Shown one piece after another: positions 41,106-50,815 of a stretch of 64,000 nucleotides of DNA. The notes beneath the pieces are model-generated. The model did no database searches, had not been told where the DNA came from, and saw only the letters and a program-made list of their open reading frames with translations. This DNA is from Candidatus Omnitrophota bacterium (GTDB lineage: Bacteria; Omnitrophota; Gorgyraeia; Gygaellales; Profunditerraquicolaceae), in contig JAQUMX010000003.1 in the NCBI GenBank assembly GCA_028717885.1, positions 7,903 through 71,902 of the forward strand, read 5' to 3'. The position numbers and the translations under genes were made by a program. Position 1 is the first letter of the stretch; every line of letters begins with the position of its first letter.

Positions 41106-43268
41106 CTATAGCTTCCTGGCGATCTTTTCAATCTCATGCGCCTCAATCACATCGCCTTCCTGAAAATTATCAAAACCGTTTAAAGTAATCCCGCATTCAA
41201 AACCTTCTGCCACTTCCTTGACATCATCCTTAAAGCGCTTAAGGGCGGAGATAGTGCCTTCAAAGATCACTTCGCCGTTTCTTACTAAACTAACGGAACT
41301 ACCTCGCGTAACCTTGCCCTTAGTAACAAAACAACCGGCAACTGTACCTGAACGAGAAAGCTTAAATACTTTCCTTACCTCGACCCTGCCCAAGAAACTC
41401 TTTTTTAATTTTGGCTCGAGCATACCTTCCAGGGCAGCTTTAATTTCACTGGCTAATTCATAAATAATATTATAGATTTTTATTTCCACACCTTCTTTTG
41501 CCGATAATTCCTTGGCTAAATCATCTGCCTGGATATTAAAGCCTAAAATCAAAGCATTAGAAGCAATTGCCAGGATTACGTCCGAAGAATTAATATTGCC
41601 TACGCCTTCATGGATAATCTCCATTCTTATTTCCGGAGTGGAAATCTTTCCCACCACATCCTTGATTGCTTCCAAAGACCCCTGCACATCGGCTTTAATA
41701 ATCAGTTTTAATTCTTTGATTTTTCCTTCCTTAATATTAGCGTAAAGGTCTTCGAGGCTAATACGCTTTACGGTCTTAATCTGGCGCTGCTTTTCTTTTT
41801 CCTGGCGCAGCTCCACAACTTCTTTTGCCTGCTTATCGCTTTCTAAAGCAAAGAATTGTTCTCCGGCAGGCGGAATCCCCGAAAGCCCGAGGATCTCAAC
41901 CGGATGCGATGGCCCTGCCGCAGTAACCGCGTGCCCCAAATGATTGAACATCCCGCGGATCTTCCCATAATAATTGCCCGCGACAATATTATCGTTTAAA
42001 TGCAGCGTGCCATTTTGCACCAAAAGTGTAGCTACCGGTCCGCGGCCCTTAGACATCTTTGCCTCGATAATGATCCCGCGCGCCAAGCGGTTTGGATTGG
42101 CTTTTAATTCCAGGACCTGCGCCTCGAGTAAAATCATTTCCAATAAATCATCAATTCCCGCACCGGTCTTGGCAGAAACCGGGACAGTAATGGTTTTTCC
42201 GCCCCAGTCTTCAGCCATAAGATTCAGTTCCGAAAGCTGCTTTTTAACCTGATCAATATTCGCCTGAGGCTTATCGATCTTATTGGCTGCCACGATAATC
42301 GAAACCCCGGCAGCGCGCGCATGATCAATGGCTTCTCTGGTCTGCGGCATTACGCCATCATCAGCTGCCACCACCAAAACCACGATATCGGTGACACTTG
42401 CACCGCGCGCACGCATCGCCGTAAAAGCTTCGTGGCCTGGCGTATCAAGAAAAGTAATTTCTCCTTCCGGCAAGTTCACCCTATAAGCTCCGATATGCTG
42501 AGTAATCCCTCCGTGTTCCGTGTCTACGACTTTGGTTTCACGGATCGCATCGAGTAAAGAAGTCTTGCCATGGTCAACATGCCCCATAAAAGTAACGATT
42601 GGCGGGCGTGGCTTTAAATCTTGCGGCCGGTCCGCAGCTTCGTGCATTTCAATAGCTTCTTCTTCTTCAGTCAGCGCTTGTTTAATCCGGTATCCGTATT
42701 TTTCGCAAATTACCACAACACTTTTCTCGTCTAAAAACTGATTGATCCCGACCATAACCTTCATATCCATTAAAGTTTTAATCAGGACTGAAGGCTTTTC
42801 TTGTAGCTTAATAGCTAAGTCTTTTAGCGTAATCGGTAATTCTAATTCCAGCTCTTTCAGCTCCTTTTTTACTACTGGTGCTGCCGGAGCTGCTGGCGGC
42901 GGAGGCTGTGGCGCAACAATCGGTTTTGCCATCGGCACAGGCTTAACCACAGGCTTAACAACCGCAGGCTTAACTTGCGGCTTGATTGTAACCGGCGCGA
43001 CAGAAACCGGTTTCACTGTTGGCTGAATAACTTCTTTCGGCTTTTCGGGAATTATCGGTTTAGGCTTTCCCGGAATAACCTGAGGTTTAACTTCTGCCTT
43101 GATTTTTTTCTCTTTAACCGGCTTAGGCGCTTTAACAGCAGCTTTAGTAACCTTGCGTACCGGTTTAACTATCTTCGGTTTTACTACCGCTGCTTTTGCC
43201 TTTTTCTTAGGCGCGGCACTGACTTTCTTTACCTCTTTTTTCACGGTTTTTTTCGCTTTAATTACCAT
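41106..43268 (-). CDS. infB: translation initiation factor IF-2
   Basis: [13 protein letters not shown]-domain. The N-terminal region is a K/P/V-rich low-complexity stretch. 720 aa. Confidence 0.95.
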   Translation of the reverse strand: MVIKAKKTVKKEVKKVSAAPKKKAKAAVVKPKIVKPVRKVTKAAVKAPKPVKEKKIKAEVKPQVIPGKPKPIIPEKPKEVIQPTVKPVSVAPVTIKPQVKPAVVKPVVKPVPMAKPIVAPQPPPPAAPAAPVVKKELKELELELPITLKDLAIKLQEKPSVLIKTLMDMKVMVGINQFLDEKSVVVICEKYGYRIKQALTEEEEAIEMHEAADRPQDLKPRPPIVTFMGHVDHGKTSLLDAIRETKVVDTEHGGITQHIGAYRVNLPEGEITFLDTPGHEAFTAMRARGASVTDIVVLVVAADDGVMPQTREAIDHARAAGVSIIVAANKIDKPQANIDQVKKQLSELNLMAEDWGGKTITVPVSAKTGAGIDDLLEMILLEAQVLELKANPNRLARGIIIEAKMSKGRGPVATLLVQNGTLHLNDNIVAGNYYGKIRGMFNHLGHAVTAAGPSHPVEILGLSGIPPAGEQFFALESDKQAKEVVELRQEKEKQRQIKTVKRISLEDLYANIKEGKIKELKLIIKADVQGSLEAIKDVVGKISTPEIRMEIIHEGVGNINSSDVILAIASNALILGFNIQADDLAKELSAKEGVEIKIYNIIYELASEIKAALEGMLEPKLKKSFLGRVEVRKVFKLSRSGTVAGCFVTKGKVTRGSSVSLVRNGEVIFEGTISALKRFKDDVKEVAEGFECGITLNGFDNFQEGDVIEAHEIEKIARKL

Positions 43269-43277
43269 AAATACCCT

Positions 43278-44540
43278 CTATTCTTTTTCGATTAGTTTTT
43301 TTGCTTCGGCAATTAATTTTTCGGCTTTTTTCTCGCCGATACCCTTAACCTGCAATAAATCTTCCGCTTTTGCTGCGGCGATTTCCTCTGCGGTATTAAA
43401 ACCGGCAGCTTTTAAGCCTTGTAAAATTTTTTCTCCCACTCCGGAAAACTCCTCGATAGGCGTGCCGGCTTTTGCTTTTTTCGTTTTTTTGGCTTTCTTA
43501 GTTTTCTTGGCCTCTTGCTCTCCTGCTTCTGCTGTGGGCGCAACCGCCTCTTCCTCTTTTTGTTTCGGAGAAAGCGCTTCAGCTGCAGCTGCCGCTTTAT
43601 TACGGATATCCAGTTCCCAGCCAATTAACCTGGAAGCTAAGCGCACATTCTGGCCGTGCTTACCGATTGACAAAGAAAGCTGGTCATCATCCACGATTAC
43701 CTGGGCTTTTTGCGTTTCTTTATCTAACTTAATCTCCGCGATTTTTGCCGGAGATAATGCGGCTTTAATGTATTCTTTAATATCCTCATTGTACCTGACA
43801 ATATCGATTTTTTCGCCCTGAATTTCATTGACGATATTGCGCACCCGGTTGCCGCGCATTCCTACGCAAGCGCCTACGGAATCCACTTTTTCGTTTTTCG
43901 ACCAGACGGCGATTTTTGTGCGCTCTCCCGGCTGCCGGGCAACTGATTTAATCTCTACGATCCCCTCATAAATTTCCGGGACCTCCAGCTCGAATAATTT
44001 TTTGATCAAGTTCGGATGTGTCCGCGACAGGATAATCTGCGGGCCACGGGTATCTTTCTTTACTTCTACCACATAAGCCCGGATACGCTGGCCCTGCTTG
44101 AACTCTTCTTTAGGGCTTTGCTCGCGTTTTAAAAGCATGCCTTCAGCTTTGCCCAAAAGGTCAACGACGATATTGCCTTTGTCAAAACGGTAAACTACTC
44201 CGGAAACAATTTCCCCGACTCGCCCCTGAAAATCATTGAAGACCACTTCTTTTTCTGCCTCACGGATCTTTTGAATAATTACCTGCCTGGCAGTCGAAGC
44301 TGCAATCCTTCCAAAATCAATGGAAGTGACCTCTTCCCTTTTCTCGTCTTTCAACCGAAAAGCCCTGATCTTGCCGTTAGTGCGGTCCAATTCCACGGCC
44401 AAGTCCTCTCCAGGCTTAATATCGATTACTTTCCGGGCAGCGCTTAACAAAGCGCTCTCCACAGCCTGGATAAGCACTTCTTTCTTAATCCCTTTTTCTC
44501 TTTCTATCTGGTCCAATATCGCTAATAATTCCTGACTCAT
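43278..44540 (-). CDS. nusA: transcription termination/antitermination factor NusA
   Basis: S1 and KH regions (IGKHGQNVRLASRL) with a C-terminal Lys-rich linker and an HhH-like tail. Lies between rimP and infB. Confidence 0.95.
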   Translation of the reverse strand: MSQELLAILDQIEREKGIKKEVLIQAVESALLSAARKVIDIKPGEDLAVELDRTNGKIRAFRLKDEKREEVTSIDFGRIAASTARQVIIQKIREAEKEVVFNDFQGRVGEIVSGVVYRFDKGNIVVDLLGKAEGMLLKREQSPKEEFKQGQRIRAYVVEVKKDTRGPQIILSRTHPNLIKKLFELEVPEIYEGIVEIKSVARQPGERTKIAVWSKNEKVDSVGACVGMRGNRVRNIVNEIQGEKIDIVRYNEDIKEYIKAALSPAKIAEIKLDKETQKAQVIVDDDQLSLSIGKHGQNVRLASRLIGWELDIRNKAAAAAEALSPKQKEEEAVAPTAEAGEQEAKKTKKAKKTKKAKAGTPIEEFSGVGEKILQGLKAAGFNTAEEIAAAKAEDLLQVKGIGEKKAEKLIAEAKKLIEKE

Positions 44541-44998
44541 AGAATCTCCTGTTTTGCTTTATTAATTTGCGTAAAAAGAATCTTCAATTCTTTCCCGTTT
44601 ACTTCAATAAATACGGAATCCTCATCCGCATCTTTAACTTTTCCCAACCATTCTAATTTCCCTTCTATCATTTCATTCAAAAAAAACCTCACTTCTTTAT
44701 CTTTTGAACGTAAAAAATCGTTTTTTGATTTTAGCGGCCGGTCAATCCCCGGAGAAGAAACTTCCAAGAGATACTGGTCTGCAATAATATTCTTTTCATC
44801 GAGGATACGGCTGATTTCTTTGTTTATAAATGCGCAGTCTTCGATAGTAATACCGCCTTCAGGCCTATCCGCAAGAATACGTAAGACCAATTGCGGGCCT
44901 TCTCGGCGTAAAATCAATTCCACTAACTCCAGGCTTGCCTGCGTCAGAAAAGTACCGATGATATCAGTCAACTCTGCGGTAATCGCTTCTTTATCCAT
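44537..44998 (-). CDS. rimP: ribosome maturation factor RimP
   Basis: LEVSSPGIDRPL motif. 153 aa. Lies upstream of nusA. Confidence 0.9.
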   Translation of the reverse strand: MDKEAITAELTDIIGTFLTQASLELVELILRREGPQLVLRILADRPEGGITIEDCAFINKEISRILDEKNIIADQYLLEVSSPGIDRPLKSKNDFLRSKDKEVRFFLNEMIEGKLEWLGKVKDADEDSVFIEVNGKELKILFTQINKAKQEIL

Positions 44999-46241
44999 GT
45001 AAAGCCGCCCTTATTTTCTCTAATACCCCTTCTGCAGTAACGGCGTTTTTCTCTTCTTTGCCGCGTTCTTTTAATTCCAAAGTGCCGTCTTTTAAAAACT
45101 GTTTGCCGATAACTAACTGCAAATTAATACCTAACAAATCTGCATCCTTGAATTTTACTCCTGCGCGCTCATCCCGGTCATCAAGTAAAACTGTTACCCC
45201 TGCGCCTTCCAATCTGGCATGCAAATTGTTTGCCTGCTCCATAATTTTAGGCTCCGTAATATCCAGCGGCAGGATAATTACCTTATAAGGAGCTACTTCC
45301 ATTGGCCAGATAATTCCGTTTGCGTCGTGATTCTGCTCTACTACCGCAGAAATCAGGCGCGAGACCCCGATCCCATAACAACCCATGATAATCGGCTGCA
45401 TTTTTCCCTGCGCATCCACGAAATTTGCCCCCAGTACACTGCTGTACTTTGTGCCTAATTTAAAAATATGCCCGACTTCCAAAGTGCTCACCTTTTCCAG
45501 TTTACCCTTACACTTCGAGCAATTTAAAGCAGCATTTTCCTTCGCCGGAAACCCCTTATGGCAAACAGCGCAAAAAAGTACGTTATCCTCGCCTTCCTGT
45601 GCCGGAACCATAAATTCATGCGAGACGCTCCCGCCCATTACCCCGGAATCAGCCTCGACACTTAAAACCCCTAAGCCGCAACGCTTAAAAATCCGCTCGT
45701 ATGCCGCAAAGATCAGTTGGTAATTTTTATCCAGGCCCTGTTCATCCCTGTCAAAGCTATAAGCATCTTTCATAATGAATTCACAGCCGCGCACTAATCC
45801 GAAACGCGGGCGCAGTTCATCGCGGAATTTTGTCTGGATCTGATAAAGCACTACTGGTAATTGCTTGTAAGAAGAAACCTGCTGCCTGACTAAATCGGTA
45901 ATCACCTCTTCATGAGTCGGCCCCAGGCAAATCTTACGCCCCTTACGGTCCGTAAAACGGATCATTACCTCACCGATGTCTTTATCGCGGCCTGACCTCT
46001 GCCATAGCTCCAAAGGCTGCAGAGCCGGAAGCAATACTTCAGCTGCGCCGCTTGCCTGCATCTCCTGCCGGATTATATCCTGGATATTCATTAATGCGCG
46101 GTAGCCCAACGGCAAATATGAATATACGCCTGCCATAAGCATCCGGATCATGCCGGCGCGCAACAATAATTTATGCGATTCGGATTCCGCTTCCTGCGGC
46201 GCATCTTTAAGTGTCGGTATAAATGTTTTTGACCAATACAT
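44991..46241 (-). CDS. proS: proline--tRNA ligase, bacterial type but without the INS editing domain
   Basis: Class II motifs (FRDELRPRFGLVRGCEFIMKDAYSF; GCYGIGVSRL) and a C-terminal anticodon-binding domain. It is only 416 aa. A CAVC-x13-CSKC segment occupies the position of the editing insertion. Confidence 0.9.
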   Translation of the reverse strand: MYWSKTFIPTLKDAPQEAESESHKLLLRAGMIRMLMAGVYSYLPLGYRALMNIQDIIRQEMQASGAAEVLLPALQPLELWQRSGRDKDIGEVMIRFTDRKGRKICLGPTHEEVITDLVRQQVSSYKQLPVVLYQIQTKFRDELRPRFGLVRGCEFIMKDAYSFDRDEQGLDKNYQLIFAAYERIFKRCGLGVLSVEADSGVMGGSVSHEFMVPAQEGEDNVLFCAVCHKGFPAKENAALNCSKCKGKLEKVSTLEVGHIFKLGTKYSSVLGANFVDAQGKMQPIIMGCYGIGVSRLISAVVEQNHDANGIIWPMEVAPYKVIILPLDITEPKIMEQANNLHARLEGAGVTVLLDDRDERAGVKFKDADLLGINLQLVIGKQFLKDGTLELKERGKEEKNAVTAEGVLEKIRAALHG

Positions 46242-46245
46242 TTTT

Positions 46246-47502
46246 TTATCCTGCGTTAAAGATTTCTTTAGCTAAATCAATTCCTGCTTTTTTAAATAAC
46301 GGGTAAAAAACCGGGATAACTCCGGTAGCCCTCCATTTGCCTTTTACTTTACCGTCCTCTACGCTTTCGATATCATAGACAAAAATATCTTCCAGGACTA
46401 CCTGCCCATCTTTTAATCCGTTAATCTGGGCAATATGCGTAATCCTTCTCGTGCCGTCTAAAAGCTGGTCCTGCTGGACAATCAAATGGATTGCCGCGGC
46501 AATCTGGCGGTGGACAGCGTCCAGGGTAATCGGCACCCCTGAAGTAAGGATCATGGTTTCCATCCTGTAAATGACGTCCTGCGGCGTATTTCCGTGCATG
46601 ACTGCCAGGGAACCGGTATGCCCTGAACAGATTGCCTGAAGCATATCCAGGGTTTCTCCGCCTCTGATTTCTCCGAGGATAATCCTCTCCGGCCGCATAC
46701 GCAGGGAATTTTTAAATAAATCCCGGGTAGTAATTTCGCCCTTACCTTCGATATTCGGCTGGCGGGTTTCCAAACGCACTACGTGATCCTGGTATAAATG
46801 CAATTCCGGAGTATCTTCAATAGTAATAATCCGTTCGTCTTTATCAATATACGTGGAAAGCACGCCCAAAGTAGTAGTTTTTCCGGAACCGGTAGCGCCG
46901 GCAACCACCAAATTCAGCCTTGCCCGCATACTGGCAATCAGAAAATCCGCCATTCTCTTATCAAGGGTACCGCGGCCCAATAAATCCTCCATGCTTCTAA
47001 TCTCGCTTAAGAATTTCCTGATCGTAATAATCGCCCCGTCAACTGCCAGAGGAGGAATAATAATATTTACACGCGATCCGTCTTTTAAGGAAACGTCGGT
47101 AAAAGGCACTGCTTCGTCGACGTGGCGGCGGGTCGGCATTAGGATTTTCGAGATCAGCCGGTTTAACTGTTGCTCATCATCAAAGGAAAGCTGGGCCAGC
47201 TCTTTCTTGCCGTTTCTTTCCAAATATACCCTTTTGGGGCCGTTAATCATAATTTCTGTGACAGTCGGGTCGCTGAGCAATGCGTCAATAATCCCCAGGC
47301 CGGTAAACTCTATCAGGATCTCAGTCATTAACACTTTACGATCCTGGTCAGAAGTATAAATATGCTCTTCTTTTGCGATATCATTAAGAATTTCATCGAA
47401 GGCGGTTTTTAACGCAGCTTCATCCATGGTCGGACGGGAAAAAAGTTCATTGTATTCGGCAATCAACTTCTTCCTTACCTTGTCTTTTAAAATCTTATCC
47501 AT
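46246..47502 (-). CDS. CpaF/TadA-family type II/IV secretion system ATPase
   Basis: Walker A GATGSGKTT, Walker B-like IITIED, and GEIRG and His-box (GHTGSLAVMH) motifs. 418 aa. Confidence 0.85.
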   Translation of the reverse strand: MDKILKDKVRKKLIAEYNELFSRPTMDEAALKTAFDEILNDIAKEEHIYTSDQDRKVLMTEILIEFTGLGIIDALLSDPTVTEIMINGPKRVYLERNGKKELAQLSFDDEQQLNRLISKILMPTRRHVDEAVPFTDVSLKDGSRVNIIIPPLAVDGAIITIRKFLSEIRSMEDLLGRGTLDKRMADFLIASMRARLNLVVAGATGSGKTTTLGVLSTYIDKDERIITIEDTPELHLYQDHVVRLETRQPNIEGKGEITTRDLFKNSLRMRPERIILGEIRGGETLDMLQAICSGHTGSLAVMHGNTPQDVIYRMETMILTSGVPITLDAVHRQIAAAIHLIVQQDQLLDGTRRITHIAQINGLKDGQVVLEDIFVYDIESVEDGKVKGKWRATGVIPVFYPLFKKAGIDLAKEIFNAG

Positions 47503-47522
47503 AAATCCTCCTATGGCGGGTG

Positions 47523-48581
47523 CTAATTTATCTGATTTAATAATGCCGAAACGCTTTTTCTTAAGGTAACCTTTTTTATTGCTTTGCCGTGTTTAAATAA
47601 AAGGCCCTCTTTCTTTCCGAAAGCTATTCCCAAATCAGCTTCTTTTGCTTCGCCTGGGCCATTGACTACGCAGCCCATGACTGCTATTTTTAAAGGCTTC
47701 GCCCGTACGGAGTACGGCGTACGGCGTAGGGCGCTCTCTAATTCTTTAACAACATTCACCAAATCCACTTCGCAGCGCCCGCAGGTCGGGCAACTGATAA
47801 TTTGTGGCCCGAAATTACGTAGTTCCAAGGCTTCTAAAATACTCTTCGCCGCCTTAACTTCTTCTTGCGGCTCTTGCGTAAGAGAGATGCGGATCGTATC
47901 TCCGATTCCCTCTAAAAGCAATGCCCCTACTGCGATAGCGGATTTGACCGCTCCGCAAAAAGGCGCACCCGTAGCAGTCACACCCAGATGCAGAGGATAA
48001 TCACAAGCCTTAGCCATCAAACGATACGCTTCCACAGTATCGCGAATATTCGAAGCTTTCAAAGAAATGACAATATCATGGAAATTACAGCTTTCCAAAA
48101 TCTTGATATAATCTAAAGCGCTTTTTACCATCCGCCCGGGAACACCCCTTTGTCCGCCCCCTTTAGGAAGCGAACCGGAATTTAGCCCCATCCGGATAGG
48201 AATTTTTCTTTTTTTCGCGGCTTTTGCTACTGCAACTACTTCTTCTTTACGAAAAATATTCCCCGGGTTTAACCGGATTTTATCCGCGCCGTTTTCCATT
48301 GCGGTAATGCCTAAACGCCAGTCGAAATGAATGTCTGCCACCAACGGCATCTTTACTTTAGGCTTGATCCTGGCAAATGCCCTGGCGTCATCCATATCTT
48401 TTACTGCCAGGCGCACGATCTCACACCCGCTTTTCTCCAATTCTTTAATCTGGGCGATAACTTTAGCGGTATGCGCGGTCTTAAATTTTACCATCGACTG
48501 AATGGCAACCGGATGATTTCCCCCGATACAAAGAGCGCCGATCCTTACTACCCTAGCCTTACGCCGAAATAACTTTGCCAT
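47523..48581 (-). CDS. ispG: 4-hydroxy-3-methylbut-2-en-1-yl diphosphate synthase
   Basis: Fe-S ligand motifs ISCPTCGRC and GCVVNGPGE. 352 aa. Confidence 0.95.
   Translation of the reverse strand: MAKLFRRKARVVRIGALCIGGNHPVAIQSMVKFKTAHTAKVIAQIKELEKSGCEIVRLAVKDMDDARAFARIKPKVKMPLVADIHFDWRLGITAMENGADKIRLNPGNIFRKEEVVAVAKAAKKRKIPIRMGLNSGSLPKGGGQRGVPGRMVKSALDYIKILESCNFHDIVISLKASNIRDTVEAYRLMAKACDYPLHLGVTATGAPFCGAVKSAIAVGALLLEGIGDTIRISLTQEPQEEVKAAKSILEALELRNFGPQIISCPTCGRCEVDLVNVVKELESALRRTPYSVRAKPLKIAVMGCVVNGPGEAKEADLGIAFGKKEGLLFKHGKAIKKVTLRKSVSALLNQIN
47704..47731. repeat. four degenerate tandem units of the CGTACGG heptamer inside ispG
   Basis: cgtacgg agtacgg cgtacgg cgtaggg, read directly from the sequence. 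It encodes LRRTPYSVRA. Confidence 0.75.
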
Positions 48582-49664
48582 CTATTTAATGATCTTTGAA
48601 ATCTTGTCCCCGAAAAACCTTAAAATATCGTTATAAGTAACAACTACCACCAATAGCATTAAAAATAAAAATCCCGCTTGGCTGATTATTCTTTCTGCTT
48701 TAATGCTTAAGTACCTGCCGCGGATTTTTTCTACCAGCAGCAGAAAAATATGCCCGCCGTCTAAAACCGGTAAAGGCAACAAATTAAAGATCGCCAAACT
48801 TACGCTCAATAGGCCAATCAGGTTTAATATCGAAGCTAACCCCGTATGCGCAGCTTTAGCCGTAATCACGAATATTCCGATAGGCCCGGTAACAGAATCT
48901 TTTAAAGACAAGCTGCCGCTCATCATCCGCCAAATTGCTTTATAGGTAATTACGGTCAACATCCCGGCTTTTTGCCAGGACAAAGAGAGCGATTCGATAA
49001 TACCATGCCTAACCTTGACTGTCTCTTCGAAATCCGGGGTAATCCCCAATAGCCCGACATTGCGCTTTTTCCCTAACGCGTCATCCACTTCTTTCTTTTT
49101 TAAAACTACATTTGCGCTTAAGTTTTTACCGGCGCGCAAATAATCGATTTTTACCTCTGCGCCCGGCTCCTTATCGTAAATAGCCATCTGCAGGTCATCC
49201 CAGGAATTTAGTTTCTTTCCGTCCACGGCAATAATCCTGTCCCCTGCGATAATCCCTGCTTCTTTAGCGCCGTAACCATCGAGCAGCCCGCCGACTTTAG
49301 CGGTAAGCGTAGGGTATCCGCCAAAAAAAACCAGCCAAAAACAAACCAACCCCAGAATATAATTCAAGAACGGCCCAAAAAAAACGATTTTTGCCCGCGC
49401 AAAAGCGCTTTTAGAAAGGTATTCGTCGCTCTTACCTTTATATTCCTCCAGGTTATCGCCGGCTAATTTTACATAGCCGCCTAAGGCAACGGCACAGACG
49501 CTATATTCGGTTTCCCCGACTTTCTTTTTTAAAAGTGCCGGGCCAAAACCTAAAGCAAATTTTTCCACCCGCACCCCTTGCATTTTAGCAACTATAAAAT
49601 GGCCGAATTCATGCACCACAATCAGGATACCGAACATTACCACAAAAACCAATATAGAAATCAT
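48582..49664 (-). CDS. rseP: RIP site-2 metalloprotease RseP
   Basis: HEFGH zinc motif in TM1, a central PDZ-like region, and a C-terminal NLLPLPVLDGG motif. Confidence 0.9.
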   Translation of the reverse strand: MISILVFVVMFGILIVVHEFGHFIVAKMQGVRVEKFALGFGPALLKKKVGETEYSVCAVALGGYVKLAGDNLEEYKGKSDEYLSKSAFARAKIVFFGPFLNYILGLVCFWLVFFGGYPTLTAKVGGLLDGYGAKEAGIIAGDRIIAVDGKKLNSWDDLQMAIYDKEPGAEVKIDYLRAGKNLSANVVLKKKEVDDALGKKRNVGLLGITPDFEETVKVRHGIIESLSLSWQKAGMLTVITYKAIWRMMSGSLSLKDSVTGPIGIFVITAKAAHTGLASILNLIGLLSVSLAIFNLLPLPVLDGGHIFLLLVEKIRGRYLSIKAERIISQAGFLFLMLLVVVVTYNDILRFFGDKISKIIK

Positions 49665-50815
49665 TAATTTGCCTTTCTTATAGCTTGAATAGCTTCCTGC
49701 CTTGCCCAGGCATCTGCCGCAAAAATATCCTCTAAACGCGGGACACTTACTTTTTTATGCTTTCGTAAGACTTTTTCAATTATCATAGGAATGGAGCAAA
49801 ATTTTAAATTTTTATTAAGAAACGCCTGCACGCAAATTTCATTTGCCGCATTCAGCACGCACGGCGCAGTGCCGCCCTGATTGGCAACGGCAACAGCCAG
49901 CTGCAAACAAGGAAACTTTTTAAAATCCGGCTTTTCGAAATTCAAACTTTTCATCCGCGTAAACTGCACCCTGCCTGCATTATTCGCCAGGCGCTCCGGA
50001 TAGGTCAAAGCATATTGAATCGGGATACGCATATCCGTAAAAGAAAGCTGCGCCATTACTACCCCGTCTACGAATTCTACCATCGAATGAATCACTGCTT
50101 CCGGATGGATCAAAATTTCGATTTCTTTTGCCGGAAGGTTAAATAAGTACATCGCTTCCAATAATTCCAGCCCCTTATTCATCAGGGTTGCGGAATCAAC
50201 GCTGATTTTCTTGCCCATCTTCCAGCGCGGATGCTCTAAAACTTTTTTTAGTGATACGCGTTTTATATCTTGAACGCTACAACCGCGCAATGGCCCGCCG
50301 GAAGCAGTCAGATAAACCTTCTTGATTTTATTGCTTTCTTCTGCCTGCAAGCACTGCCAGATCGCTGACTGCTCGCTGTCAACGGGAATAATCTCTGCGC
50401 CAGCGGCCCTTACCTTTTGCATAATCAAAGGGCCCGCCATAACCAATGCCTCTTTGTTCGCCAGGGCGATTTTTTTCCGGCATTCTATTGCCGTTAATAA
50501 AGGTTTTAGGGCCGCAGAGCCGCTGATTGCCAGGACTATTTTTTCTAAGCGCTGATCGGAAATAATCCTTTTTAACCCCTCTTGCCCGGTAAGAATTTTT
50601 GTTTTAAGTTTCTTCTGCAAGCAAAAAGCTGCCTGAGGTTCTTCAACACAAACAAATTCAGGCTTAAATTCTTTTGCTTGGGCATATAAAAGATCGATGT
50701 TCGAATTTGCAGTCAATCCCAAAACCCGGAATCGATTGCCTAATTGCCTTACTACCCTAAGCGTGCTTGTGCCAATGGACCCTGTTGAACCTAATACCGC
50801 TATATAGCGCATCAT
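49664..50815 (-). CDS. dxr: 1-deoxy-D-xylulose 5-phosphate reductoisomerase
   Basis: GSTGSIG NADPH-binding motif. 383 aa. Confidence 0.95.
   Translation of the reverse strand: MMRYIAVLGSTGSIGTSTLRVVRQLGNRFRVLGLTANSNIDLLYAQAKEFKPEFVCVEEPQAAFCLQKKLKTKILTGQEGLKRIISDQRLEKIVLAISGSAALKPLLTAIECRKKIALANKEALVMAGPLIMQKVRAAGAEIIPVDSEQSAIWQCLQAEESNKIKKVYLTASGGPLRGCSVQDIKRVSLKKVLEHPRWKMGKKISVDSATLMNKGLELLEAMYLFNLPAKEIEILIHPEAVIHSMVEFVDGVVMAQLSFTDMRIPIQYALTYPERLANNAGRVQFTRMKSLNFEKPDFKKFPCLQLAVAVANQGGTAPCVLNAANEICVQAFLNKNLKFCSIPMIIEKVLRKHKKVSVPRLEDIFAADAWARQEAIQAIRKAN

Noticed and set aside
43099-43821. A 240-aa plus-strand ORF, along with many other 60-170 aa plus-strand ORFs (for example 21941-22462, 46853-47359, 33444-33806, 17433-17882).
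   Set aside because: All lie antisense to strongly conserved, confidently identified minus-strand genes. They have low-complexity or S/F/L-rich translations and no ribosome-binding sites. They are typical shadow ORFs.
41106-44540. Low-complexity Lys/Pro/Val/Ala-rich repeats at the IF-2 N-terminus and in the NusA C-terminal linker.
   Set aside because: Such variable, repetitive linkers are common in these two proteins and need no special explanation.
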